Positions 17,735 to 26,565 of a stretch of 64,000 bases of DNA are shown here, piece by piece. The stretch is from IMG/VR virus record IMGVR_UViG_3300035701_000002. One strand, written 5' to 3'. Origin of the DNA: a virus. Made by a program: the position numbers and the translations under genes. The first letter of the stretch is position 1; each line of letters begins with the position of its first letter. The notes beneath the pieces were generated by a model that was given only the letters and a program-made list of their open reading frames with translations, did not search any database and was not told the origin of the DNA.

Positions 17735-18415
17735 TCAGGCGTTCGCCGAGAGTTCGATGAACATCTCGGAAGAGGTTGCGTCGGGGGGAGAGAGGACCAC
17801 GCCCATGCGGGTGCAGTCGGACTCGAGGGCGATCCCGGCCGCGCCGGCCGGGTTGGTGCCGGCGCCACCGCTACCGGTGAGGGCGACGTCGATCCACTGC
17901 TTCTCGTACGAGTCCTGCCACCGGTTGGTGAGGTACCCGTTGACGGAGGCGTAGAGGAAGTCGCCGACCGAGTAGGCGAGGGCCGTGTTGGCGCCGATCT
18001 GGATGTTCGTCTCGTACAGCTTGACGCCGCACGCTCCGCCGCGCAGGAAGGGAGCCTTGCCCGAGGCCACCGCGGGGGTGTTCTCGAACGCGTTTCCGGC
18101 CGCGTCGTTGATGAAGAGGCCCAGGGGGCGCGTCTTCGCGACGTAGGCCGCGGCAACGAGGACCGCTCCGCCGACCGTGTTCGGCCCCGCATCGGGACGC
18201 ACGAATGCGACCGAGCCGCCCAGAACGCCCTTCTTGACGTTCACGGGAAGGGTGGTTGAGTTGTGCCCGCCGCCGCTGACGACGTTCGGGTTGCTCTGCG
18301 TGAATCCGTCCGCCGCCAACACCGGGATGGTGTCCTTGATCAGCGAATAGAGGATACGCAGGGCGCTGGTGCTCAAGCGAAAGTCGCCTGAAGCCTGTCC
18401 GCCAATTGATCCCAT
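17735..18415 (-). CDS. hypothetical virion structural protein (226 aa), Gly/Ala/Asn-rich beta-type
   Basis: Immediately upstream of the MCP gene and co-oriented with it. Preceded by a 220-nt non-coding leader. Confidence 0.5.
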   Translation of the reverse strand: MGSIGGQASGDFRLSTSALRILYSLIKDTIPVLAADGFTQSNPNVVSGGGHNSTTLPVNVKKGVLGGSVAFVRPDAGPNTVGGAVLVAAAYVAKTRPLGLFINDAAGNAFENTPAVASGKAPFLRGGACGVKLYETNIQIGANTALAYSVGDFLYASVNGYLTNRWQDSYEKQWIDVALTGSGGAGTNPAGAAGIALESDCTRMGVVLSPPDATSSEMFIELSANA

Positions 18416-18636
18416 TGTGTTCTCCAGTCCCGAAAGTCCGCCGAGTGAGCTCAGCCGCCAGAGTCCCGAAAACGGTGGCTTCAGTCCGGTTGCCCGCGAC
18501 GCCGTCCCGCCTCCTTCGCCCTGCCGTCAGTCCCCTTCGATCAAACCTCCGTGATTGTTGCCTGTCTGCGTATCGTCTATCGGTATCTTTGCCGGACAGC
18601 CCGCCCGTCTAGGGTGCGGGCCGTACGGGAAGCTTT

Positions 18637-20004
18637 TCAGGGACGGTCCCAGAGAGTCTCGAGGGCCTGATCCACGCTCGCCGGCTGGGCCTTGCGGACC
18701 TGGCCGATCTTCTTTGCGCCCTTGGAAGACGCGGTGCGGCCGACCGAGTAGCCGCCGGCTCGCGCCGACTGCTCCTGCTCCGCCGCCTTGATCTGTCGCT
18801 GCGCCTGGACCTCGGGATCGTCGGCGAAGAGGGCGTCGAGCTCGTCACCGCTCGAGGCGGTGCGGGCGTCGGGCTCGTCGTCGTCGAACGAGATCCCCGT
18901 GTCGCCGGCGATGCCGGGGATCATCGGGACGGGGGCCGCGGGGGCCGGTGCGGCCTGGAACAGAGCGGAGAGGTCGTCACCGCCGCCGTGCTCGGCCATC
19001 TCCTGGTGGAGCATCTGGTCGAGAAGAGCCATGTCGGAAGCGGGCATGCAGCCCTCGGCCGAGGTAGCTTCCTGCTCCTCTTCCTCTTCCTCTTCCTCCT
19101 GCTCCTCCTGCTGGCCCTGCTGCTGCTGCTGGCCCTGCTGCTGCTGCTGCTGCTGACCCTGCTGCTGCTGGGACTGCTGCTGCTGGGACTGCTGCTCCTG
19201 CTGGGACTGCTGCTGCTGACCCTGCTGGCCCTGCTGCTCTTCCTCCTGCTCCTCTTCCTGCTGCTGGCCCTGCTGGCCCTGCTGCTCTTCCTCTTCCTCC
19301 TCCTGCTGCTCCTGCTGCTGAGCAACATGGACGGAGGCGACGACCTTGAGCATGCCCTTGAGGGTCGGATCGTCGACGGTCATGAAGAGAGTCGCGAGCT
19401 TCTCGACGTGCTGCTCCGTGGCAGAGTCGCCGAGCAGGCGCGAGGAGAGCTTGGTGCAGGCCATCGCGCGGCGGAGCCGCGCTTCCCGGGGCATCGACTC
19501 GGTCGAGACCTTGTCGATGCTGCGGAGGGCTGCGGCCATGGCGCGATCGGGGAGGGCCATGAGCTCGAGAGCGACGTCCTCGACGACCTTGTCGTTCGAC
19601 GTGCGGAGCATGGCCCGGGCAAGGCGCTCGGCGCCGTGCGCCTTGCGCTCGGCGGCGACCTTGGCGTTGTCGTACTTGCCGGGGCCGTCCCACTTGTCCG
19701 AGTCCTTGTGCTTCCACGTGTCGTCACGGAACTCGCCCATGCCGATCTCGTTGCGCTTGACGTGGTCGCCGTCGTACTCGGCGTTGACGGTCATCTTGTC
19801 GCCGGGAACCGGCGTCTCCGCCCACGAGTCCGGACTTCCGTTCTCGTAGTCCACCGGACTCGGCTGCGGATGTTCCTGATTCATGGTGTAGATGTCGGCC
19901 TGACGCGAGGTGGCCGCCTGACGCGGAGTCTCGTTGCCGTTCTTCTGCCAGGTGGTGCGTTCGCGCATGATAGCAAGGCCTCCTACTTGAGCTGTCTTCA
20001 TCAA
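18637..20004 (-). CDS. Q/E-rich helical protein (455 aa), scaffold-like; paralog family with 22269 and 24538
   Basis: Central poly-Q/E tract spanning 19080-19320. Shares a helical segment (LKGMLKVVASVHVAQQQ) with 24538 (AVEIVRNMRSLVAQQQ). Confidence 0.55.
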   Translation of the reverse strand: MMKTAQVGGLAIMRERTTWQKNGNETPRQAATSRQADIYTMNQEHPQPSPVDYENGSPDSWAETPVPGDKMTVNAEYDGDHVKRNEIGMGEFRDDTWKHKDSDKWDGPGKYDNAKVAAERKAHGAERLARAMLRTSNDKVVEDVALELMALPDRAMAAALRSIDKVSTESMPREARLRRAMACTKLSSRLLGDSATEQHVEKLATLFMTVDDPTLKGMLKVVASVHVAQQQEQQEEEEEEQQGQQGQQQEEEQEEEQQGQQGQQQQSQQEQQSQQQQSQQQQGQQQQQQQGQQQQQGQQEEQEEEEEEEEQEATSAEGCMPASDMALLDQMLHQEMAEHGGGDDLSALFQAAPAPAAPVPMIPGIAGDTGISFDDDEPDARTASSGDELDALFADDPEVQAQRQIKAAEQEQSARAGGYSVGRTASSKGAKKIGQVRKAQPASVDQALETLWDRP

Positions 20005-20008
20005 GGTC

Positions 20009-21628
20009 TTAACAATTGGAGATCGAGGAAATCCGGCCCTTCCAGGTCAGAAATCCTCTTTCTGAGGCGGAGAGATCCCTTCCGAGTCTCGACCTGCACG
20101 CGGCAAGGTACGAGGTCTCGCTCGGGAAGTTCTTCATGGCGCCGACGTTCATTGCGACCTTGTAGAGGGCGGAATTGTACTCCCGTCCCCTGCAGCGGTC
20201 CTCGATCCATGAAAGGACTATCAAGTCCCTCGGGGTCATGCCGGCCTTCCTCACGCCTGCGGCGCCGTGCTGGTGCACGACCTTCCACGCGGAGGTGGCC
20301 CAGCGGATCAGTCTCTCGTTCCCGGGGAACTTCGACCTGAGCCTGCGCCCGAACTCCTCGGAGGAGCGGACGATACTGTCGTTCGCGGACTCGAGGTTAA
20401 CAGGCGACGAGACCGTCCCGACGTCCTCGGGCTTCGGAGCGAGCTTCTCGCCGAGCTTCTCGACCATGATGGTCATGAGCTGCTCTTGGGCCTTCTCGAG
20501 GAGCTCGTCGAGCTTGTCGGACTTGGGCTTCGATCCGGCGTCGGACTGTCCGCCCTGATCCTGTCCGCCCTGATCCTGTCCGCCCTGGTCGCCGCCCTGA
20601 TCAGATTGATCTTGACTCTGACCCGCGCCTTGATCCTGTCCGAAGAGATCTTCCTGGCCCTGGCCCTGGCCCTGGCCCCCAGCCTGATCCTGGCCCCCAG
20701 CCTGATCCTGCCCCTGGTCGGCTTGAGCCTTGCGCGTGGATGCGGCCTTCTTGACGCCGTCCATCTCGGGAATGGAGCTACGGAGGATCTGGACCGAGCG
20801 CGACCTGTCCATCTGTGCCGCGTACTGACTGGAGTCGGGGTTCAGAATGTTCCTACGGACGGCCCCGCGGAATGCCGGATTCCTGACCCAGCTGGCCTCG
20901 ATGAACTGGTTGGAGTTAGGGACGGAGACGTGCCCGATGACCTCGGACAGCGGATGCTCCACGCCGTCCTCGTCGGAGAACTTCGAACCCTTACCGTCGT
21001 ACTGGACGCACGGGCAGAGCTGGGAGTCGTCGGACGCGACGTTCCCGCACTTGGTGCAGATGGTGAAGAGGCTGATGCACCCCATGGACAGGCCGGTGAT
21101 CGCGCCCGTGAGGATGTCCGACACGAGCTGATTGTGCTTGCGGTCGGTGGCGACGAGGATGTCGATGTAGCAGCTCTTGCCGAGATCGCGGGCGATAGCG
21201 TCGACGATGAAGCCCTTGGAGAGCTCCGGGAGCTGGATGTGCTCGAGGTAGTTGTGAGCGCCGATGAAGGTGCGGTAGCTCGAGAGGAGCAGAGAGCGCT
21301 CCCATGCGTCGCCGTTGTTGTTGATGATGTCGTGGCAGTCGGGGACGATGCGGAAGTCCGGCCAGCGTGCGTCGATCTGGACGCCCCGGTTCATCGTCCT
21401 GCCGGTCTTCGACCCCTTCGGGGCGTAGCAGTCGACGGACGCGACGATCGTAGCGTGCGAGAGAAGGTACTGCTTCGGATCGCACTTGCGGAGGATCGTC
21501 TTCGCGGTACGGGCGACGAAGTCCTTGGGGACCGCGCCCTCGTTCTGGCCGCGGAGCTCCTCCATCCATTCGTCGAACGCAATGTTGGTGCGCTCAACGA
21601 TGGCGCTGGCATACCGCTTTGTGGCCAT
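20009..21628 (-). CDS. hypothetical head-module protein (539 aa) with GQDQ repeats
   Basis: Long ORF with normal composition and an internal (GQDQ)n low-complexity tract. Confidence 0.55.
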   Translation of the reverse strand: MATKRYASAIVERTNIAFDEWMEELRGQNEGAVPKDFVARTAKTILRKCDPKQYLLSHATIVASVDCYAPKGSKTGRTMNRGVQIDARWPDFRIVPDCHDIINNNGDAWERSLLLSSYRTFIGAHNYLEHIQLPELSKGFIVDAIARDLGKSCYIDILVATDRKHNQLVSDILTGAITGLSMGCISLFTICTKCGNVASDDSQLCPCVQYDGKGSKFSDEDGVEHPLSEVIGHVSVPNSNQFIEASWVRNPAFRGAVRRNILNPDSSQYAAQMDRSRSVQILRSSIPEMDGVKKAASTRKAQADQGQDQAGGQDQAGGQGQGQGQEDLFGQDQGAGQSQDQSDQGGDQGGQDQGGQDQGGQSDAGSKPKSDKLDELLEKAQEQLMTIMVEKLGEKLAPKPEDVGTVSSPVNLESANDSIVRSSEEFGRRLRSKFPGNERLIRWATSAWKVVHQHGAAGVRKAGMTPRDLIVLSWIEDRCRGREYNSALYKVAMNVGAMKNFPSETSYLAACRSRLGRDLSASERGFLTWKGRISSISNC

Positions 21629-21707
21629 GAATCCTCTGATGGATAAGGAGCATAGAAACTCTGAAGCTCCGGCCGTAAGTCACGGGAGGACGGACGTATG
21701 CCGGGGC

Positions 21708-22262
21708 ATGGCGGACAAGATAACTGAGGCCATCGGACGTGTCAGGGTGAAGAAGGTCGAGGTCGTCCTTTCGGAGGGGAAGGTCCTGCCGAGAGTCCCG
21801 ACGTCAGGCCTCTGGCCGAGGGTCACCCTGGAGCTGGACGGGACGGAGCGGACGGTTCCGCTCACATGGTGGGCTGACGAAAAGAAGGCGGCCAGCGACC
21901 CGCTCAAGGCCATCATGGAAGGGATCGGGGGCGACATCCTCAGAATGGCCGGCGGAAGGACTACAGCCTCGATGCCGAGGGGCCGGAGGCCGGCGCTCGA
22001 GTACGCGGTGTCGGAGGCGAACTCGAAGATCCGAAGAGCGGTCGACCGCGCCTCCCAGACAAAGGGAGGGGTCGGGGAGAGGCACAGGAAGGCGCAGAAG
22101 AGGGCCCTGAAGAAGAGAGTGCTGGAGAAGCTGCGCGGACAGTTCGAGAGCCTGATCCGGATGGAGAGGCTCGAACTCGAGGATCTGGGCGGGGCGGACG
22201 TGGGCCGCGCGTGGGACGACATCCTGAAGATGAAGGCCGTCCGCCACGTGATGGAGACCTAA
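21708..22262 (+). CDS. hypothetical protein (184 aa) with C-terminal tail AVRHVMET
   Basis: Internal Met MADKITEAIG of ORF 21486..22262. Single plus-strand gene inside the head module. Confidence 0.45.
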   Translation: MADKITEAIGRVRVKKVEVVLSEGKVLPRVPTSGLWPRVTLELDGTERTVPLTWWADEKKAASDPLKAIMEGIGGDILRMAGGRTTASMPRGRRPALEYAVSEANSKIRRAVDRASQTKGGVGERHRKAQKRALKKRVLEKLRGQFESLIRMERLELEDLGGADVGRAWDDILKMKAVRHVMET

Positions 22263-22268
22263 CAGGCC

Positions 22269-23234
22269 TCAGGCGATTCCTGCAGACCTCTTGATGACCG
22301 GAATGAGCGCGGGCCTGAGCTCCGGGTTCGCGTGGGCGATCCTTGTGAGGACGGACGCGAAGGCCCTACGGGAGGCGAGCGACGCGCGATCCTCCTTGAT
22401 GGAGGGCTCCACGGCGCTAAACAGCTCCTTGAGGAGGCTGATCGTCTTCTTCTCGTCGCCGGCGGCGTCGAGGAGCGACTGGCCGTAGTTCGTGACGGTC
22501 ATGGAGAGCTCGTCCGGGGAGATCTTCTTCTTGGCCGGCTTCTTCTCGCCGAGACCCTCCTCGGTGATCTCGACCTTGGCGGCCGGCTCAAGGAGGTGCT
22601 TGCGGATCCCCTTCACGAGGTTCTCGCCGTGGCGGATCAGCTTCGACACCTCCTTGAGGATGCCGTTCACGAGGCCCTTGGAGGGCTCCGTACGGGCCTT
22701 GTCCATGTCCTTGAGCACCTTCTTCACGCCGTCCGTGAACTCCTTGTGCTCGGCAGCCTCCTGCTCGACATAGTGGCCCGGGTCTGCCCAGCTGCGCTTG
22801 CCCTCGACGAACTCGTCCATCGTGGACTCATCCATCTGGTAGGAAGGCTCCATCCCGGCGGGACCGTCGTCCTCGGCAGGCTTCTCCTTCGGCTTCTTCT
22901 TCTTGAAGAGGCCCTTGAAGAAGTCCTTCACGCCGGCCGTGGAGGAGACCTTCTTGAGCATCCGCTTGAGCTCTTCGGACTCCGCCTCGGTGGCGTCGTC
23001 GAAGAACTTCGCGAACTCCTCGGCGTCGGACGAGTCCAGCTCCTTGAGGGCATTCTCGAGCTCCTCCTTGAGGGACTTGAGGACGGAGACCGTGTTCTCG
23101 AGGTTCTGCTCGAAGCTCCTGGCCTCAGGGTTGATGACGGCCACGGCGTAGCGCTCGAGCTCGTATGCGAGGAGCGGGTTGCTCGAGGCGATCCTGCGGG
23201 CGACCTTGACCATCTTCCAGATCTGGGAGCTCAT
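22269..23234 (-). CDS. K/E-rich helical scaffold-like protein (321 aa); paralog of 24538 (shared R-I-A-x-x-N-P-E...P-V-I motif)
   Basis: Internal Met MSSQIWKM. N-terminal ARRIASSNP and C-terminal RIAHANPELRPALIPVIKRS match 24538's VRLAASNPEARAFLMPVLIAAKKK. Confidence 0.5.
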   Translation of the reverse strand: MSSQIWKMVKVARRIASSNPLLAYELERYAVAVINPEARSFEQNLENTVSVLKSLKEELENALKELDSSDAEEFAKFFDDATEAESEELKRMLKKVSSTAGVKDFFKGLFKKKKPKEKPAEDDGPAGMEPSYQMDESTMDEFVEGKRSWADPGHYVEQEAAEHKEFTDGVKKVLKDMDKARTEPSKGLVNGILKEVSKLIRHGENLVKGIRKHLLEPAAKVEITEEGLGEKKPAKKKISPDELSMTVTNYGQSLLDAAGDEKKTISLLKELFSAVEPSIKEDRASLASRRAFASVLTRIAHANPELRPALIPVIKRSAGIA

Positions 23235-23923
23235 CGGACGACGTCCTTCGGGTGAATCGTGAAGCCGCAGGTCTTGCAGAGGAGGACGCGGAGGCCCTGC
23301 CTGTAAGTCCTGGGCTTCATAGTCCCCTTGCACCGGGGACACTTGAGATCGCCGGAGGATTTCTCCTGCTGCGTGACCTTGTACCGGCGCTTCTGGTCCT
23401 TCCAGTAGAGGGCGGTCCTACGGCCGAGCTCGTAGAGGTTCGCGACGGTCAGCCTGACCGCGTCGTCCCCGTAGGCATCTCCGAAAACGGAGCCCATGCG
23501 AAGGTAGGCATCGACTTCGCCCATCCCGCAGTGCCAGGCCTCGCAGGCGGCCCTCCAGAGGGGCTTCGTCGCATCCTCGTACTTCGAGACGATGCGGGAG
23601 GCGAGGGATGCGCGCCACTTCTCGTCGGACTTCACCGTCTCGGGAGAGTTTTCGTTCCTCGACTGTTCCCAGGTCGAATAGCTCTGATCGAGCGACAGGG
23701 CGGGGTAATAGTTGGAGGCGTCCCGAATGAGCTCGGACGCGGTCTCGATCTCCGCGCCCCACGGCCATTGGACCTCGACCTTCCCGGTGTCGGGGTTCGA
23801 GTACAGGACGCGGCCCACGTACGGAGTAAGGACGAAGTCGCGAAGCCCCGCCTTCCGGACAACATCGCCCGTGTTGAAGTCACGGGCTACGAGCTGATCG
23901 TCTACGAACGCAATCCTGTGCAT
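23231..23923 (-). CDS. hypothetical protein (230 aa) with C-terminal zinc ribbon (CPRCKG...CKTCG)
   Basis: ORF with normal composition. Confidence 0.5.
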   Translation of the reverse strand: MHRIAFVDDQLVARDFNTGDVVRKAGLRDFVLTPYVGRVLYSNPDTGKVEVQWPWGAEIETASELIRDASNYYPALSLDQSYSTWEQSRNENSPETVKSDEKWRASLASRIVSKYEDATKPLWRAACEAWHCGMGEVDAYLRMGSVFGDAYGDDAVRLTVANLYELGRRTALYWKDQKRRYKVTQQEKSSGDLKCPRCKGTMKPRTYRQGLRVLLCKTCGFTIHPKDVVR

Positions 23924-23976
23924 GGGCTAACCTTTCAGACACTGCGCCCCGGCCCGGAGAGGCAGGGCGGGCGGCC

Positions 23977-24495
23977 TCAGGGAGCCCAGGTCTTCTGACC
24001 GCGCGGAGCGACCGAGGCCTGACGGGTGGAGCCCTGCTTGGTGCTCTTTCCCGCGGGACCCCTGGCCCACGAAGGCTGCTTCTTGGTGCCGTCGGCCCAC
24101 TCGCTCACGTCGCGGACGGCGTACTCGTCGCGCTCGCTCACGGTCGAGGAGCGGTCGACGTCGTACGTCCCGATGCCCTTCGCGTTGAAGGACGGGCCGA
24201 CCTTGTGCATGAACTCCTCGTCGGGGTCCGTCTTCAGCGGCTTGTTGACGTTCTCGAACGTCTCCATGTACTTCTCGTCGGGATCGCGCTTCAGGACCTT
24301 CGCCATCCGGCGCTGAAGGTTTCCCTTCCCGAAGGCGGCGACCTCGAAGCGGTCGGCGAAGCCGTCGATGTCCCTGATGAGGCTCGAGGCCAGGCGGGGG
24401 TCGATCTTGCCGGACTTGGCAAGGCCCTCGAGGCGCTGAGCTGCGGTGTCGAGGTTCGACAGGATCCTGTTGGCGGTGGTCTTCTCGATGGTCAT
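23977..24495 (-). CDS. hypothetical protein (172 aa)
   Basis: ORF with normal composition. Confidence 0.5.
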   Translation of the reverse strand: MTIEKTTANRILSNLDTAAQRLEGLAKSGKIDPRLASSLIRDIDGFADRFEVAAFGKGNLQRRMAKVLKRDPDEKYMETFENVNKPLKTDPDEEFMHKVGPSFNAKGIGTYDVDRSSTVSERDEYAVRDVSEWADGTKKQPSWARGPAGKSTKQGSTRQASVAPRGQKTWAP

Positions 24496-24537
24496 GTGAA
24501 TCTCCGGGCTTCCCTGCAGGGGGTCATGAAAGACGTA

Positions 24538-26103
24538 TCACCAGTTGAGATCGCTGGAATCGATCCCGACAGAGGCCTTCTTCTTCTTTCCCTTACCGAA
24601 GGGAGGGGCCTTCTTGCCGCCGAAGGGCGGCGCGCCTTTGCCCTTGGCAAAGGGGTTCTCTTTCTTGGCCTTGGGCTTGTCCTTCTTGGACTGCTTCTCC
24701 TGCTGGCCCTTCTTCTCCTGCTGGGAAGTCTTCTTGCCCTTCTTCTTCGCCTTCTCGACCTTCTTCTTGGCGGCGATGAGGACGGGCATGAGGAAGGCGC
24801 GTGCCTCGGGGTTCGAGGCGGCGAGCCGGACGAGGGAAGAGATGTTCACTCGGACCGAGCTCGTCTTGATGTGCTTGGCAGCCTCGCCGACGTCCTTGAA
24901 GAGCTCGTCGAGACCCTTCATGAAGGCCTCGAGATCGTCCTCGCTGAGGTGCTTCTCGAGCTCCTTGGCGCCCTTCTTCTGCTCGTCGAGGAACTTCTTG
25001 ACGTCCTCATCGCTCATGTCCTCGAGACCAGAGAGGTCCGGGAGGTCCGAAGCGATGCGGCGGCCGGCGGTCTTCTTCACCGTGTCGGCGAGGTCCTTGA
25101 GGCTCTCGATGAAGTCCTCGATGTCCTTGGCGTCGAAGAGCTTCTTCGTCTCTTCCTTGAGAGCCTTGACGTCCGTCTCTTTGCCGGCGCCCTGCTGCTC
25201 CTGCTGACCCTGCTGCTGCTGGCCGTAGCCCTGCTGCTGCTGGCCGTAGCCCTGCTGCTGGCCCTGCTGCTCCTGCTGGGACTGCTGCTGCTGACCCTGC
25301 TGCTGCTGGGACTGCTGCTGCTGACCGACGGGCGCCGGGTGCATACCCTGCTCCTCGCCCTGCTGCTGAGCAACCAGGCTCCGCATGTTGCGGACGATCT
25401 CGACGGCCGCCTTCGGATCCGTCTGCCTGAGCTCACTGGCGATTCGAAGAAGGTTCTTGTATGCGTTGCTCATGGCTGAGGCACTCCTCTTGGGCGCGTC
25501 CGTGTTGGGGAGAAAGGTCTCCGAAAATTGGTCCGTTTTGTCGCCCTGAACACGGGCGAGAAGCATGTTGTAGGTCTCGACGTCGATCTTCGACTGGTAC
25601 AGACAGTCGTCCGCGGTGTGGATCGCGAGATCGAGGGCGGCCCTGAAGGGCGCGTCGGGGGCCCCGCCGGTCCACTCGTTGCTCAGCCAGTCTTCCTTGA
25701 GGAGGGACTTGGCTGAGGCGACGATAGACTCGTACTGATCCTTGCCGAAGTACCTGCTGTCGTAAGACCGATACCCGGGGTAAGGACCGTCCGGGTGGCC
25801 CTGCTTCACGACTCCGTGGTACGTGGCGGTCTTGACACTCATTTCCCTACCGGCTTGAACCCCATAAGAAGACTGAAATGTCTCGGCGACCCTGAGGGCG
25901 ATTGATCCGACGACCTTGTGGTTCAGGGACATGTCCTTGTCGTCGCTTTTGACGTCCGAGTCGTCCTCGCTCATGCGACGCCGACGATTGTCGTGCTTCG
26001 GGCCGCGCCTCGGGGCCTTCTTCCTGGAGGGGGCGGGCTTCCTGCCTATCAGGCGCTCTACCTCCTTCTCCTCCTTCTCCGACGGCTTCAGGTCGCTGGG
26101 CAT
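24538..26103 (-). CDS. Q-rich helical protein (521 aa) with Lys-rich C-terminal tail; scaffold/internal-head paralog
   Basis: Poly-Q tract at 25195-25330. C-terminal motif ASNPEARAFLMPVLIAAKKK, then a KKGKK/GKGKKKK tail. Confidence 0.55.
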   Translation of the reverse strand: MPSDLKPSEKEEKEVERLIGRKPAPSRKKAPRRGPKHDNRRRRMSEDDSDVKSDDKDMSLNHKVVGSIALRVAETFQSSYGVQAGREMSVKTATYHGVVKQGHPDGPYPGYRSYDSRYFGKDQYESIVASAKSLLKEDWLSNEWTGGAPDAPFRAALDLAIHTADDCLYQSKIDVETYNMLLARVQGDKTDQFSETFLPNTDAPKRSASAMSNAYKNLLRIASELRQTDPKAAVEIVRNMRSLVAQQQGEEQGMHPAPVGQQQQSQQQQGQQQQSQQEQQGQQQGYGQQQQGYGQQQQGQQEQQGAGKETDVKALKEETKKLFDAKDIEDFIESLKDLADTVKKTAGRRIASDLPDLSGLEDMSDEDVKKFLDEQKKGAKELEKHLSEDDLEAFMKGLDELFKDVGEAAKHIKTSSVRVNISSLVRLAASNPEARAFLMPVLIAAKKKVEKAKKKGKKTSQQEKKGQQEKQSKKDKPKAKKENPFAKGKGAPPFGGKKAPPFGKGKKKKASVGIDSSDLNW

Positions 26104-26146
26104 GTTCCATGGCCCAGGCCCACTGAAAGCTTAGGTATCGTGGAGA

Positions 26147-26368
26147 GTGTTCGGAAGACGAAAAGAGAGTCCGGGTCAGAAGGCCCGGAGGAAATCGAAG
26201 GCCTTTGAGAGGGCTCTCGGAATGAGGCCGCACGACTGGACACCAGTCGTCAAGGACGGGACTACGTGGGTCTGGCGGTGTACACGGTGCGCAGCACGGT
26301 GTGGAAAGCCATCAGAGACGCCGGGGACGTGCGGAGAAGAAGTAGTCCGGTACGTGACGGAGGTCTAG
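26147..26368 (+). CDS. small zinc-ribbon protein (73 aa; possible start at 26222), HDW/CxxC paralog
   Basis: ...RPHDWTPVVKDGTTWVWRCTRCAARCG...GTCGEEVVRYVTEV*. Very similar to 29077. Confidence 0.45.
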   Translation: MFGRRKESPGQKARRKSKAFERALGMRPHDWTPVVKDGTTWVWRCTRCAARCGKPSETPGTCGEEVVRYVTEV

Positions 26369-26565
26369 GACTCCTGGACGTCAAGGACGGCATGAAGGTC
26401 GTCCTCCATGGACTCGACATGAGCCTGGAGGTCCTGGTAAACGGTCTTACAGACAGGACAGAGCGAGTCGAGCCTACGCCGGCCTCTCTTGACGTCCGAG
26501 AGCCTGATCGTCGGATTCGCCGCCAGTTCGAACATCGGGACTTCGACCCTGCGGCCCTGGATCAT
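26365..26565 (-). CDS. small CxxC protein (66 aa), tail LDVQES
   Basis: ...LCPVCKTVYQDLQAHVESMEDDLHAVLDVQES*. Confidence 0.35.
   Translation of the reverse strand: MIQGRRVEVPMFELAANPTIRLSDVKRGRRRLDSLCPVCKTVYQDLQAHVESMEDDLHAVLDVQES

Noticed and set aside
19080-19320. CAG/CTG-type simple repeat that could be taken for a CRISPR-like or tandem-repeat locus (also at 25195..25330 and 20520..20720)
   Set aside because: The repeats are in-frame codon repeats (poly-Q/E, GQDQ) inside long ORFs. They have no spacer-repeat periodicity. No CRISPR array is present in the window.
18977-20340. Several long ORFs on both strands (Ala/Gly/Arg-rich or poly-Leu) across the CAG/GAG repeat region
   Set aside because: They are alternative-frame readings of the poly-Q/E coding repeat of the scaffold-like gene 18637..20004.
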